From Psammoneis japonica (taxonomy: Eukaryota), in NCBI GenBank assembly GCA_008632985.1, contig QPGO01000023.1:217266-281265 (forward strand): a stretch of 64,000 nucleotides of DNA, read 5' to 3'. Below, piece after piece: positions 37,381-48,885 of the stretch; the first letter of the stretch is position 1, and every line of letters starts with the position of its first letter. The position numbers were made by a program, and so were the translations under genes. The notes beneath the pieces are model-generated. The model made no database searches, was not told where the DNA came from, and worked only from the letters and a program-made list of their open reading frames with translations.

Positions 37381-38121
37381 CCGTCGCAGAGTAAGAACTG
37401 TTGCAGTCGCAACGGCATGCATTGAGCATGTTGCTCGTCACATCGTCGGCGCGAGCGCGACGAGCGACGACAAGACGACGACTTCTTCTTACGTGTATGT
37501 ATGATGTACCGTGTTTTTGGATATTTTCGATGACTTTGAAACTGTGGAACACTTGGGGGTCGCGATTTGGAGTTTTTGACCCCCAGACCTATTTTAATGC
37601 ACGCCCACATGTCTGTAGAATGCATTAAAATACCAACGGTCCAAATCAGGTCGTGTTTAGCATATCAAAAGTGTTCCACAATTTCGGTTGCTCGCCAATC
37701 AAAGAAATGAGGCACAACATTAATTATTTTAATAATTATATATATTTCAATGATCACACCCAAAACTCATACCTCATCTTCCGAAAAAACCGCCAGAGCT
37801 TACCCCCCCATTCCCCCCCCACGGAATGAGCAGACTCTCAGCTTTCCATCGATGTATCGCATGTGGGGTAACTGTGCGTACAAAATTTCAACTCATCATA
37901 AATACTCAAGTGCACGGTATGTCGCAACAAGGACGTGTTACTGTAATAGTAGAGTAAGTGTAATCGTTGGCCCCGGGTCAAAGAGATCAAAGGACAATGA
38001 AGGTTTTCGCAATGAACGAGTGATGATATGCAATATCTATAATGTAATTACTTTGCCTATTCGGCGCGGTAGAGAGAAGAAGCAACATCCAGTCAACTCC
38101 AAACTCCTCTTGCTTCTTGGT

Positions 38122-38724
38122 TCACCTACCGAGACCGTGTATTTGAATCAGGAGGTCCACATTCCCTTGAATACAAAAGTTCTCTTGACTATTGACAAAC
38201 ACTGATATCTCTCCTCCAACTTCTCTCCCAACACCGGCGTCGAGTTCTGACGACACTGCTTCTTCAAGAAGCCTCAGTCTGTGGTCGCTGTCGTCACAGG
38301 GATTGAAACTTGAACAAACCATTCCTTTTCCTAGCCATCCGGACATGTTTGGCAATATACGATGTTTTTGATCTCCTTCTTCTTCTTCTCTTATTCTTCT
38401 CACGGATAGGTCGTGGTGAACCTCAATAATACTGACATGTCCATCATCACTTTCGAATCCAGTTCTTCTCAACTCCTCATCCATCCACATTTCCAACGAG
38501 TTCTTCAATATCTCTTGAAGTTTATCGTCTTCTTCTGGCGTACACTCATTATTTCCGTACCCGTCCCATAACATTTGAATCTCAAACGTGAAGTTGCCCT
38601 TGTCATGACTTTTGCTTTCTTCCTCGGCATGTAGACGGTTCCCTCTGATCGTCGCGCTGTCTACAGCGACACACAAAGAGACTAGCAAGCACATTGCCAG
38701 TAGAAGCTTGTCCATGGATATCAT
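38122..38724 (-). CDS. Hypothetical secreted protein
   Basis: Signal peptide MDKLLLAMCLLVSLCVAVDSA; acidic body with several RxL-type motifs. Confidence 0.6.
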   Translation of the reverse strand: MISMDKLLLAMCLLVSLCVAVDSATIRGNRLHAEEESKSHDKGNFTFEIQMLWDGYGNNECTPEEDDKLQEILKNSLEMWMDEELRRTGFESDDGHVSIIEVHHDLSVRRIREEEEGDQKHRILPNMSGWLGKGMVCSSFNPCDDSDHRLRLLEEAVSSELDAGVGREVGGEISVFVNSQENFCIQGNVDLLIQIHGLGR

Positions 38725-39286
38725 TTTGGTTCTTGTTTTCGACAATACTTTCGAGGAAAACAACATCTTCAACAGGAATAAAACGCTCGCAATTGAATTG
38801 GGATAGGTGCGTGTTGAAACGTGATCATATTTTCGGCGACGAATTCACCGGTTGGAAGGAAAGTACACAACACTGATAGTGGCCATAACCGTAATTCGGC
38901 CCGTAACGAAAAACGCATGCAAATCTATTAAAAGACATATTGAATATAGCCTGAATTGTGACATCTAACGATCGGATAATTTTTTCGCTACCATCGCCAC
39001 ACATGTTTGATAGGTAGAAGTGACAAATAAATCTATAATTGCGAGGAGGCATGACCGAATCTACATTCGTTGTACGTTGCAACGTACGTCTAAATCAATA
39101 CAAGCTTTCGTAGCGCTAACCACGGACGACGAACATACGGCAGGATGGAGATTTTCGATTTTTTTGGATTTTTTTCGATTTTCTTCTTCCTCGCTCCTCT
39201 CATCGCATCACTCATCACCTTGATCTTTCTTCACACTTCTTCTCTGAGTGACGAGCCACACCAACAATACTTGTATTTGTAGAACC

Positions 39287-40589
39287 ATGACGAACACGTA
39301 CAAGGTTTTTTCACATAATCATGCAATATTCAGAAGCAAGACTTTGTTAACCGCTACTCCAAAACGACAAACTCATATTCTCCAGCGTCGTGCTGTCTCC
39401 TCGTTATTGCTTCAGCCAAACACCTACAGCACGTCTCGGCATCACCCAGTGTCTTATTCGTCCATAGCAGCTCGGCCTTTTTCGACAAGCAGTGTTGACT
39501 CTGGAACTGGCTCAGCTCTACAAGGCTCTAAAACGAGTACGGATGGTGTTGTGGCTGTTCCCATTGACTTTGACGTTGCGTCACGAATCGAGGGAAACGA
39601 AAGTCAGATTGCAACGATTGAGCTGGAGCCTGGACAGATTCTCCGTGCCGAAAGTGGTGCAATGATGTACATGACCGATGGGGTTGAAATGAATACGACG
39701 ACGGGGTAAGAAAAAGAAAAAGTATGGAGAAGAGAAAACTGTGAAGAGCACGTTCTTACTCATTACTATATTTTTGTTTTCATTGCAGAGGAGGCATGTC
39801 CGCCGGTTTCAAACGCATGATGACGGGACAGAATATATTCATTTCAGATTACTCGTACAATGGACCAGAAGGCACCAAGGGACTGGTCGCCTTGGGAACA
39901 GACTTTCCCTCGAAAATTGTTCGTCTCAATGTTGACGATTACGGAGGAAAAATTGTTTGTCAAAAGGGGGCCTTGCTTTGTGCCTCGCACACGATTGATA
40001 TCGAAATGGAGTTTGCCAAGAAAATGACTACCGGATTCTTTGGTGGAGAGGGCTTTGTCTTGCAGGGGCTTACGGGAGAGGGTGACGTATTTGTCAAGGC
40101 GGGTGGTACCCTCATCAAGCGAGAACTAGAGGAGGGTGAAGAATTGCGAATCTCTTCTGGGTGTCTGGTTGCCTTTTCCAACGGAGTCGATTTCGGTAAG
40201 TTACTTGTACTGACTCATTGTTTTTGAAAGCTTGTGAATTGGAAATGAAAGGTACTAATGATGCCATATTCTCTCAGACGTGCAAATGATGCCTGGCTTC
40301 AAGAACGTGCTTTTTGGAGGCGAAGGTCTTTTCATTACGACCCTAAAAGGTACGCGTCTATTCCAAGTCGAACCAAAGATCTCATTCTGCAACAGGAGTT
40401 CACGTTTACCTTCCTTTTGACACAAAAACAGGCCCAGGAACCGTTTGGCTTCAAGGCCAGCCTCCTCAGAGAATGGTGAGCGAAATTGCTCGACGGGTGC
40501 CAGGTGGAGGTGGCATCGGATTGGCAGTACCAATCGGCGGAGGCGGTGGTGGAGGAGAAGGAGACGGCGGGGGCGGGGAAGAGTCGTAA
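39287..40589 (+). CDS. AIM24: AIM24/DUF124-family mitochondrial protein
   Basis: [49 protein letters not shown] across three introns; mitochondrial-like presequence. Confidence 0.9.
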
Positions 40590-40677
40590 TGAGAAAGTGT
40601 ATCATGATAGTTTTGAGTACGGAGGTAGTTTCAAGTTCTCATTCTTTTTCTTTAAGCTGCCCCATACTTTATCTTTA

Positions 40678-41328
40678 CTATTTCATCTTGATGGGTATTT
40701 TCCCACTCTTTTTGACATTTGATGGTGCTTTCTTGAGTCGCGATGCTACCTTCTTAGAATCTCCACCCTTGGAACTATTCTTGTTGCTCTCCTCCTCTTG
40801 ACCTGCTGCCTGAGCTGATCGGGCGTTTACATCATCGTCTACAACAGTGTATCCTTCATCCATGGTTCCCTGCAATACTGACGGGTCTAACTTTGCCATA
40901 ATGTCTGTCGTCTGCTGCAATGTAACAAATTCGTCAGTCATGGATTCCATCTTGAGTTGCTTCTTTTCGTTCTTGTCCTTGCCGAGAGCTAAGACCATGG
41001 CTGTAGGACCGGGATGAATAATTCCTTCATATTGATATCCCTTGAGATCAAACGTAATTCGGTCCTCATCCGCTTCCATTCGACCAATAGCTCCCGTGAC
41101 ACCCTCAAAATCTAAAACGGTGGCGTCTTGCGGGTCGATTTGTACCAGCATGCAACACTCTGCATTGTTTTTCTGATAAGGCAGCACGACATCGATTGGA
41201 GCATTAATCGACGGCTTTGGCGTTTTAGAAGGGGATTTTCGTTTCTTCCGTAACTTCTTATCGGGAGACTTTGCCTTACGGTCGGGGGATGCTGCCTTTG
41301 TTGCAGCCGCCGGCGGTGTTTTCACCAT
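40678..41328 (-). CDS. BIN4: BIN4/MIDGET-like protein (topoisomerase VI accessory subunit)
   Basis: LDFEGVTGAIGR...FDLKGYQYEGIIHPGPTAMV...KMESMTDEFVTL resembles, from memory, the BIN4 C-terminal block DLSGDMGAVGR..LDLKG.IY..TI.P..T....KIEAIMNDFIQL; basic tails. Confidence 0.7.
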   Translation of the reverse strand: MVKTPPAAATKAASPDRKAKSPDKKLRKKRKSPSKTPKPSINAPIDVVLPYQKNNAECCMLVQIDPQDATVLDFEGVTGAIGRMEADEDRITFDLKGYQYEGIIHPGPTAMVLALGKDKNEKKQLKMESMTDEFVTLQQTTDIMAKLDPSVLQGTMDEGYTVVDDDVNARSAQAAGQEEESNKNSSKGGDSKKVASRLKKAPSNVKKSGKIPIKMK

Positions 41329-42056
41329 GATGCTGTTGTGCGTTGTGGAGTTGTGTGTTGTGTGCGTGTGTTCATGCGGCGCGGTGTATGCTGTAGGTTA
41401 CAAAACCCTCAGCGATTGTACGACCTTCTTTTGTATTGAGAGACCGCGCGTAGCAAGAGTACAAGCCAGGGAGTGATGAGTACATGTGTGCACACCGCAA
41501 AGCAAACTGACTGCGAGATGCGAGATGTGAGATGACAAAAAGCAAAGGGCAACACAAAAGTAGACAGCAGCTCGTCTTTACTCTCTCTCTCTACTCTAGG
41601 TAGAGAGAGTAGTAGAGTATTCAAGTCACAAAAGATAGCATATGATATCGTTCGGGACTCGTATCAGAATCGCATTTCTGTCCAAAGAACTTATTGACAT
41701 TCAGTCTCAGTCTGCCGCATTGAGTCGGTGGTCGCGTGAAGTGATGGCGGGAATGAAGAGAAGATTTCTTCGGTGTACAGTATTTTACTCCAAAACGAAG
41801 GTATAACGGCGACTTCTCCAGTGAGTTAAAGTGCGCCTGAGTAACACAAAGGGACTTGGCATGTCTTATGATTTTGCGCAAGTCCATAATAACTGGAGGA
41901 TTTTGTTAGCGCTTGAAAAGAACTTTCGTTGAGGCGGGACTCGGAATCGCGAGAATGTTCCTGCGATGCGAAACATGGAACACGATACGCTGAAGAGAAT
42001 CATCTCATAGGCTCATAAATTCGAAAACAGTGCCTCTACACCTCGAACAAAAGAAA

Positions 42057-42614
42057 ATGCTACTCGCGACCCTTTTCGCCTCAGTTGCTTGCTGGTTGTT
42101 TAGAATGGCTAATGCCGACGTTGTACGGTATGCCAATGGGTGGATTGACTTTACCAATGTCAATTTCTGGTTTGGTTTGGAGCAAGGAATCGCCGTCGGG
42201 GTTGTAGGGATTCCGGATATCACACATGCTGTCAAGTACGCCCATGCAAAGGGCGTCTACGGCGGAGGGAACACGTCTAGCGGAAGGATTAAAGCCAAAC
42301 GCCGTGCAGTCGAAAAGGTGAGGCTATGCTGCGACTCTTTTATTAACCGTGAGAGTCCGGAAATGCTCAAGAGCAAGTGCGATATTCCTAATGATGTCAC
42401 GCGCCACCATCCTCACTTTGACTCCCAAGACTTTTGCAAGAACGACTCACGGATCAAGCAAAAGGCGCTAGAGCTGAAGCAATTGGGTTTGGGCACCATC
42501 CACGTAACCATGCAGTATCAAATACATGGCGACGCCACAGGTACCGAGTGTGACGCTATTTATCCATACCCGCCTTCTCTTGGAGGAAGGCATGCCGTCG
42601 GGTGTACGTTTTAG
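42057..42614 (+). CDS. Hypothetical small secreted protein
   Basis: Signal-like MLLATLFASVACWLFRMANA; no family recognised. Confidence 0.45.
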   Translation: MLLATLFASVACWLFRMANADVVRYANGWIDFTNVNFWFGLEQGIAVGVVGIPDITHAVKYAHAKGVYGGGNTSSGRIKAKRRAVEKVRLCCDSFINRESPEMLKSKCDIPNDVTRHHPHFDSQDFCKNDSRIKQKALELKQLGLGTIHVTMQYQIHGDATGTECDAIYPYPPSLGGRHAVGCTF

Positions 42615-42832
42615 GTCGCTCCAAGTTTAATGTGATAGCTTCTCCTGTTGTGTCTCTAGCTCAACTCGAGCCTACTTTGTATCCCTCCATTTTCGTTAAC
42701 TTCGACTTCTCGTCTACTTGCATTATGACTCAGAGCATGAAAAGTACGGAGGAAGCGGCTTGAAAGTTTAGTGCAATACCTTTGAAATTTTTTTCTATCT
42801 TTCGCAAATGGCAAGCACGCCAGCCGGTTTCT

Positions 42833-44620
42833 CTAGTCATTATGGGCATGAGAGTATTCATAACGATAGAACATGCCAATTAGCTTGTTCATCAGCAAAC
42901 CAAAGCCTCCCAATCCCAGAGTACTGGCGAGATTGCCAACAATACCGAGTTTTGCGGGCCGCACAACAGCCAAGCAAGCAGCTACAACAAAAGATGCAAA
43001 GCGAACCTTCTTTAGTCTTCTCAACGCGTCCTGGCAATACTTGCAGTACTTTGTGTGTCCATTCCATACATCGAAGACTATATCGTTGGATGCAGCAGGC
43101 ATGGATGGGTTGTTTTTGTAGGGAATTCGACCTCCAGCTAGCTGTCGCATCCAGTTTCGAAGATTAATGACACCCTTGTCACTGTTGACAGGGTAGACTG
43201 CTTTGGTGTAGTGATACGGTTCCTCTTTGTCACTTACGACCGACTTGTACTGTCCTGTATGGGCCATTGTGCGCTCTTGATGATGGAGAAAGACTCCGTC
43301 CTGGTTGAGAAATGCGCTGGCTGCTATGTGATTTAACCACGTTGGCATTGGCAGAGTAAATTGTCTGAGCAACTTTGGCATCTTTCCATCCTTGTCCTTG
43401 ACAATAACCATTCGACCAATGTGATTCGAGAAACCTGGTCGAGAAGGTGACACATACAATTCAAGTGTCTGCTTGGCTCCGTCGTCACCCACCGAGGCAT
43501 CAATTTCCACGAGCGACGGGGCAACGAATTTGGTGGTGCTTGGCTTACCGCCGGCAGCCGTTTCGACAGAAATCGAAAATCCATCCTTTGTCAACGGTTC
43601 CTTGGTTTCGATCTTCATTCCTTGATCTCCGTATCGATCTCCAACCACGTTGTGATGTGAGACTCCAACATGAGCTGATGAGGGAACATTATCAACATGT
43701 GAGACATGCTATGAGGTGCGGCCTCGGATTCGGGCTGTACCCAATGCCACAAAATATACTTACCTGGGTCAACCACGTTCTCGAGGAAAAAGTCGGCACC
43801 ATATGGGAGTTCTCGAAAGTTCCACGGTCCTTCCCAAAGACGCTCGCTGTCAGCTTCAGCTGGCCGATGCGCTACTGGCGTAAGCTCAGATTCCAACACG
43901 GCATTTTCATCCGAACTGGGCCATACAAATAAGATCCCGTTAATCACCTTTGTGGGGAATGAATTGCAACTTGTCTTTGGATTCGATTTGATACGGGTCA
44001 GCTCATCTTGTGATTCTACCTGAGGTACAGCCACACACGTGCCCTCTCCGTCAAAACGCCATCCCGTGATAACTACAAAAGAGACTGCCATCGTCCTCGA
44101 CTCGACCTTCACGTAGAGGCACCTTTCTGTGTGGGCATTCATCAATAAAGGCTCTCCAGGTTCCCTCCATACGCTTGGCGCCCTTGGGACGTTTTGACTT
44201 GGGACCAAACAGTCCTCCCTCGACGGGTGCGTCGTTCCAGACCACAATATCTTGTCCCAGCAACTGGAATCTGTGAGGCTTTTCTTGGTCCAAAATTTCC
44301 ACCGGCACAACAGGATACCACGCTTTGAACCAATCAAACTGCTCGGACTCTTTTTCGGGTTCTTCTTCCGTCACAACTTTTGGAGGCGCGTCCAAGGTTG
44401 CGCTCATGAAGAGTGGCCGAGACTCATGAATCCTGGCGACTCCTCGTCCGTGTGACGAAGAAGGAGTGAGAAACGCCAGGGCTCCGGTTGCGCTCATGAA
44501 GAGTGGCCGAGACTCATGAATCCTGGCAACTCCTCGTCCGTGTGACAAAGAAGGAGTGAGAAACGCCAGGGCTCCCACATGGAAGCTTGCCAACAGGAAC
44601 ACAACGGACTTTGCCGCCAT
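42833..44620 (-). CDS. Plastid Rieske oxygenase of the pheophorbide a oxygenase/PTC52/TIC55 family; frameshift near 44068, one intron ~43762-43675
   Basis: Rieske CPH...CSYHGW; mononuclear Fe motif ENVVDPAHVGVSHH; C-terminal HTKYCKYC; signal peptide + AF. Confidence 0.92.
44396..44575. repeat. 2 x 90-bp in-frame tandem duplication in the transit peptide
   Basis: Units 44396-44485 and 44486-44575 differ at 2 positions; each encodes GALAFLTPS(L/S)SHGRGVARIHESRPLFMSAT. Confidence 0.95.
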
Positions 44621-44999
44621 GGGTGCTTCACTACGCTGTTCGGTAGTATATGGATAGTAATGCCTCACAGAAGCAGTGGCAACGTCGTCAACGACAATAG
44701 GCAGTGGCTTGGCCATTTCGAATCGCCCATTTTCGAATTTGACTGACTCAGTCTTGTGTCGTCGGCAGCAAGTTTTGGGTGCGCAGACACGTCATTTCAA
44801 ATGCTGAACACCAAATACCCATTTTACAGACACACAAGCAATCCCAACATCCTCTGTGCATCATTCTGCCGCACAGCACACAGCATCCAACATCCAACAT
44901 CCATCCGCAGATGTACCGGTATGTCTACTGTATTAGTAGTAGACTAGAGAGTAGATAGGCTTGATAGGGATCCAACAAAGCTATCGCTGTGCAACAAAC

Positions 45000-47153
45000 A
45001 TGCTTCGACACGGAATGATAAGATCAAGGCGATGCTTGATTCAAATCAAGCAAGTTTCCGCGTGCAGTCAGAGCGCACATAGCTCGCCCGTGCTATTTCA
45101 GAGATCTTTCAGTGTTATTCCAAGCAGCCTCGGACTCGATTCGCGTTCTTCTCATTGCAAGCCGCCAACAACAAAGAAATTCGCTTCTGTGGCGTCAGAT
45201 GCGGACGAGGACCATCGTGAGGAGGGTGGACTACTTCGGCTACTGACGAGTGAAGAGCGAGACTTGCTGGCAGATCAACGCGACCTGAGTGAACGAGCTC
45301 GTGCGGTTGCATCTCGTGTCGACACGGTACAAGTACGAGAATACACAGATCAATTTTTGGAAGAAATCCTACCCAACTCGAAAGATGCATCCACGTTTAG
45401 TATTGTAGTGGCTGGAGAATTCAATGCTGGCAAGAGCACCGTCATTAACGCATTGTTAGGCAGAAAGCTTTTAGAAATGGGCGCCCTTCCCACCACGGAC
45501 GCAATTACTGTCGTGGTTCATGACCAAGACGCATCTGAAAATCTGTCTGTGGAGCATAACGTAAAGGGTCGGGGTGGAGTCGATCTGTTTCGAGTAACAG
45601 ACGTGCCCTTGCTGCAAGATCTAACTTTGATTGACACTCCGGGAACAAATGCTGTGATTGCGGACCACACTGCCCGAACCATGAAGCTACTGCCAACTGC
45701 GGATTTGATACTTTTCGTGACATCGGCCGATCGACCGTTTTCGGAAAGTGAAAGAACGCTTCTCAAGTCTATACAGGCGTATCGGAAAAGCATAGTCGTG
45801 GTCATCAACAAGATGGATGTGTTGGAAATGTCTGGTGGGAGCTATGGCGAGAAGGAAAAGCAACAAGTCTTGGATTTCGTATCCGACAATGCAAGTGAGT
45901 TGTTGGGTGCCCGCCCCATTGTGATACCGGTATCAGCTCGCGATGCGCTGTCAGCCAAACTGTTGGCTCAAAAGAATGAATCTAGAATATGGCAACGAAG
46001 CAACTATTCACAGCTTGAACGTTTTCTCAAGGAAACCTTGACCACCGAAACAAAAATCAAATCGAAACTATTGAATCCCATTGGAGTGTCAGAAGGCATG
46101 ATTTCAGAGTGTATAAGCATCTTGAAGGAAGAAGAAAAGGAGTTACAGACCGACGTTGCAACCTTGGCCTTGTTGCAAAGTCAATTCAATGGTTGGATCA
46201 AGGATCTGGACAAAGATATGGTTGAGTTCCGCCTTGCTGTGAAGCATCATTTAGAAAAGGAGGGAGAGCGGTGTCAAGTCTTGTGTGATAGAATGACGTA
46301 TTTTGATCAAATCTCATGGACTCTTTTGGATTCGACACGCTTTGCCTATGAGTGGAGGAACACCAGGCACAGTTCCGCGGATACCAAATCTCGATTGGAG
46401 AATCAAATCCATGAGCTTGTCCAAGAAACTGCGTAAGTTTGTTTGTTGTTGGAGGCGTCGATATGGGAAAGATGACTACCTAGATACCAATGTGTGCGTT
46501 TGATGCTTGCTCTGCCTCTTTGTAGAGATAATGTGGCGACACGTGCTACAGCGGAAGGTCAAGCAGTCATTGAATATCTTGGGAAGCGACCAGCAATAAA
46601 GCGTCAAAGTCTCGTAGGGAGCGTAACAGCTACTTCTCGATTTGAAGATACAAAAAAGGCGTTATCCGAGAAAATGTCTTCCTCTGTTCGCAGTATAATG
46701 GAAGATGTAAAGGAAGATTCGGTGGCACAATCACTCGTTATGAAATCGTTTCGCAATACGAGCATAGTTTCAAGTGCCGTTTCTGCGACGGGCATAGCAA
46801 CGGCTTGTGCAGCAGCTTTACAGGCTGTGGATGCAATGGCTGGAATCGGCACAAGTGCTGCGCTTTTTGTCTTGGGCACTCACGTTGTTTCTTACCGGAA
46901 CGGAAATGCTGTGAAAGACTATCGCATGACCTGGAGAGATCGAAGCGATAGATTGGACAACGAACTGGAGGAAGTTTGTTCGAGGGAACTGCAACGTGTA
47001 CAAAAAAAGATTCTTGGCGGTGTGTCGCCGTATACTCGTTATGTTGAAACCGAACAAGAACGTGTACAAGGCTTGATTGAAAAATGCAATGATGTCATGG
47101 CGCGTTCTCGTGGTTTGAGGAGACGAATACAGAACTTGCGACACTATGAATGA
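45000..47153 (+). CDS. FZO/bacterial dynamin-like GTPase
   Basis: GEFNAGKS, PTT, DTPG, NKMD, VSAR; intron 46433-46525; C-terminal hydrophobic hairpin flanked by coiled coils. Confidence 0.9.
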
Positions 47154-47559
47154 AATGGTCGAAAAGTTCATAGTAGCATGTAGCTTATTTGTTGGACCTC
47201 ATTCTCCAACTATGCAACGGCGACTCGGGATATCGCAGCGCGAGGTTGGAAGTGTAAAAGAAGAATGTTTTTCTTCAAAAACTAGATCAGAATAACCGGG
47301 CAGCTAATCTGGGAGCCCAGGTGGTGTACACCTTGGCGGTGCATTTAATGACACGCTTATCGACCTCGCAACATGGAAGATCACGTCGACGTACAGTCGG
47401 CGCAGAAACAACGGTGTCTGCGAGCCGCGGGGTGCTGTACTTATGATTATGTTGGAAGAGAATCATCACTGCATCCGGCATTGTGTAGAGTCTCAACTTT
47501 TGGCCTTGACAAAGCCCTCAATGTCATTTATCGTGTTCCATCATCTACTTGAATGACAA

Positions 47560-47711
47560 TGCAAGAGGAGATCAGACGTTGGCTAAAGGTCGATCGGTGG
47601 CAGAATCGACGTCATCAATGGAAGGGTGTCACTTGTGCCCCGGCCTTGCTACTTTAATGGTCATGCAAGAGGAAATTCAGTGATGGCTAGAGGTTGATCG
47701 GTGGCAGAATC
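47560..47711. repeat. Imperfect ~48-bp direct repeat pair
   Basis: tgcaagagga...gatcggtggcagaatc at 47560-47608 and 47664-47711. Confidence 0.75.
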
Positions 47712-48243
47712 CAGGTCTGGGAACTACACATCTCGAGTTGCCAAAAAGAAATATACTATCACATGTTCATGCTTAGTGGATTCCGAGGATTTGTTGGAGA
47801 CTTCAAGTGAGAATGTCGCTCATCTGATTGGTCTTTCAAGTGTAGGAATATGGTAGCGCTGAGTGGTAGCGACAAAAAGCAGAAATGGGGAGAACCTTTT
47901 TTATCCACTTTCACAAGATACGCACGATGCAAACAATATACATCAGTGGCGCGTGTCACATTACCCATGGCACATGGCGCTGCCAGAGGGCCAGAGGCGA
48001 TTCAGATCAGTCATCAAGCTAGCTTTCCGCTAAGCCTTCTCTTTCACGCTCTGTTTGGACATGCGGTCGGTATCTATACTTCCTTTCGCTTCAAACTGCC
48101 CATTTCTCTACGAAGAGAAGTCGCTCCGACTAGCTTCTCCCGCGTCCTCCAAACCTGCTTGCATTCAACAAGGTCCGCCGAGAACAGTCCACTGCATCCA
48201 CACCGAAGGAATCAGTCATTTGGTACCATACGTTGACAAAAGA

Positions 48244-48885
48244 ATGAGAAATAAGAGATTCCTATCTGCTCCTGCCGTGGCGCTTGGGCTTCTTGTAACT
48301 CACTCCAGCGCCTTTATCGCTCACTACCAAATCGTCACTCTCGTCTCACTTTGTCGAGCTACTTGGAAAACCTTTCAACGCCGACAAGTCCCATTACCTC
48401 CTCAACGATAATATCATCCAGTGATCCCAGCTACGGTACACGGACTTTCAGTACGTTCCCGTTTTATGTCTCATTCAGGCCGACTTGATTGCCAACACTT
48501 TCCTGCTGCAAGCGAAATTGTTTCAATCCAGTCACAGTGTAAGTGCTGGACGCTTTTGGTTCATCGCTCGTATCAAAGAGAATGGATGGATGCAATCCAG
48601 TTGGACTGCCTGATTTCGCCAAGGCCAAGACATTTTCGTGCATTGTCAACAAGTATCCGTCTCGAGCCTTTCGAGATTTGTCTGCAGCTAACGAGGCGTC
48701 TGCAAAGTTTTGTCAAAGTTTCAGTATCTGGAGGTAACATGGCCCCATTTCCCGGTGATATTCTTTTAAAGTTGGGTGATCAATTCGTTGGAGCTGTAGG
48801 AGTGAGTGGTGAGGCGGGAGATGAAGACGAGTATTGTGCGTTGTTCGGGTATGTTGGAAACGTCGGCCGCCATTATAATGTATGA
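48244..48885 (+). pseudogene. Disrupted GlcG/HbpS (DUF336) heme-binding family gene
   Basis: LDAFGSSLVSKRMDG...FAKAKTFS and FPGDILLK...VGAVGVSGEAGDEDEYCAL lie in different frames; signal peptide + AF in a third ORF. Confidence 0.75.

Noticed and set aside
41621..41887. 88-aa minus-strand ORF
   Set aside because: Short, no recognisable motif; cannot be supported.
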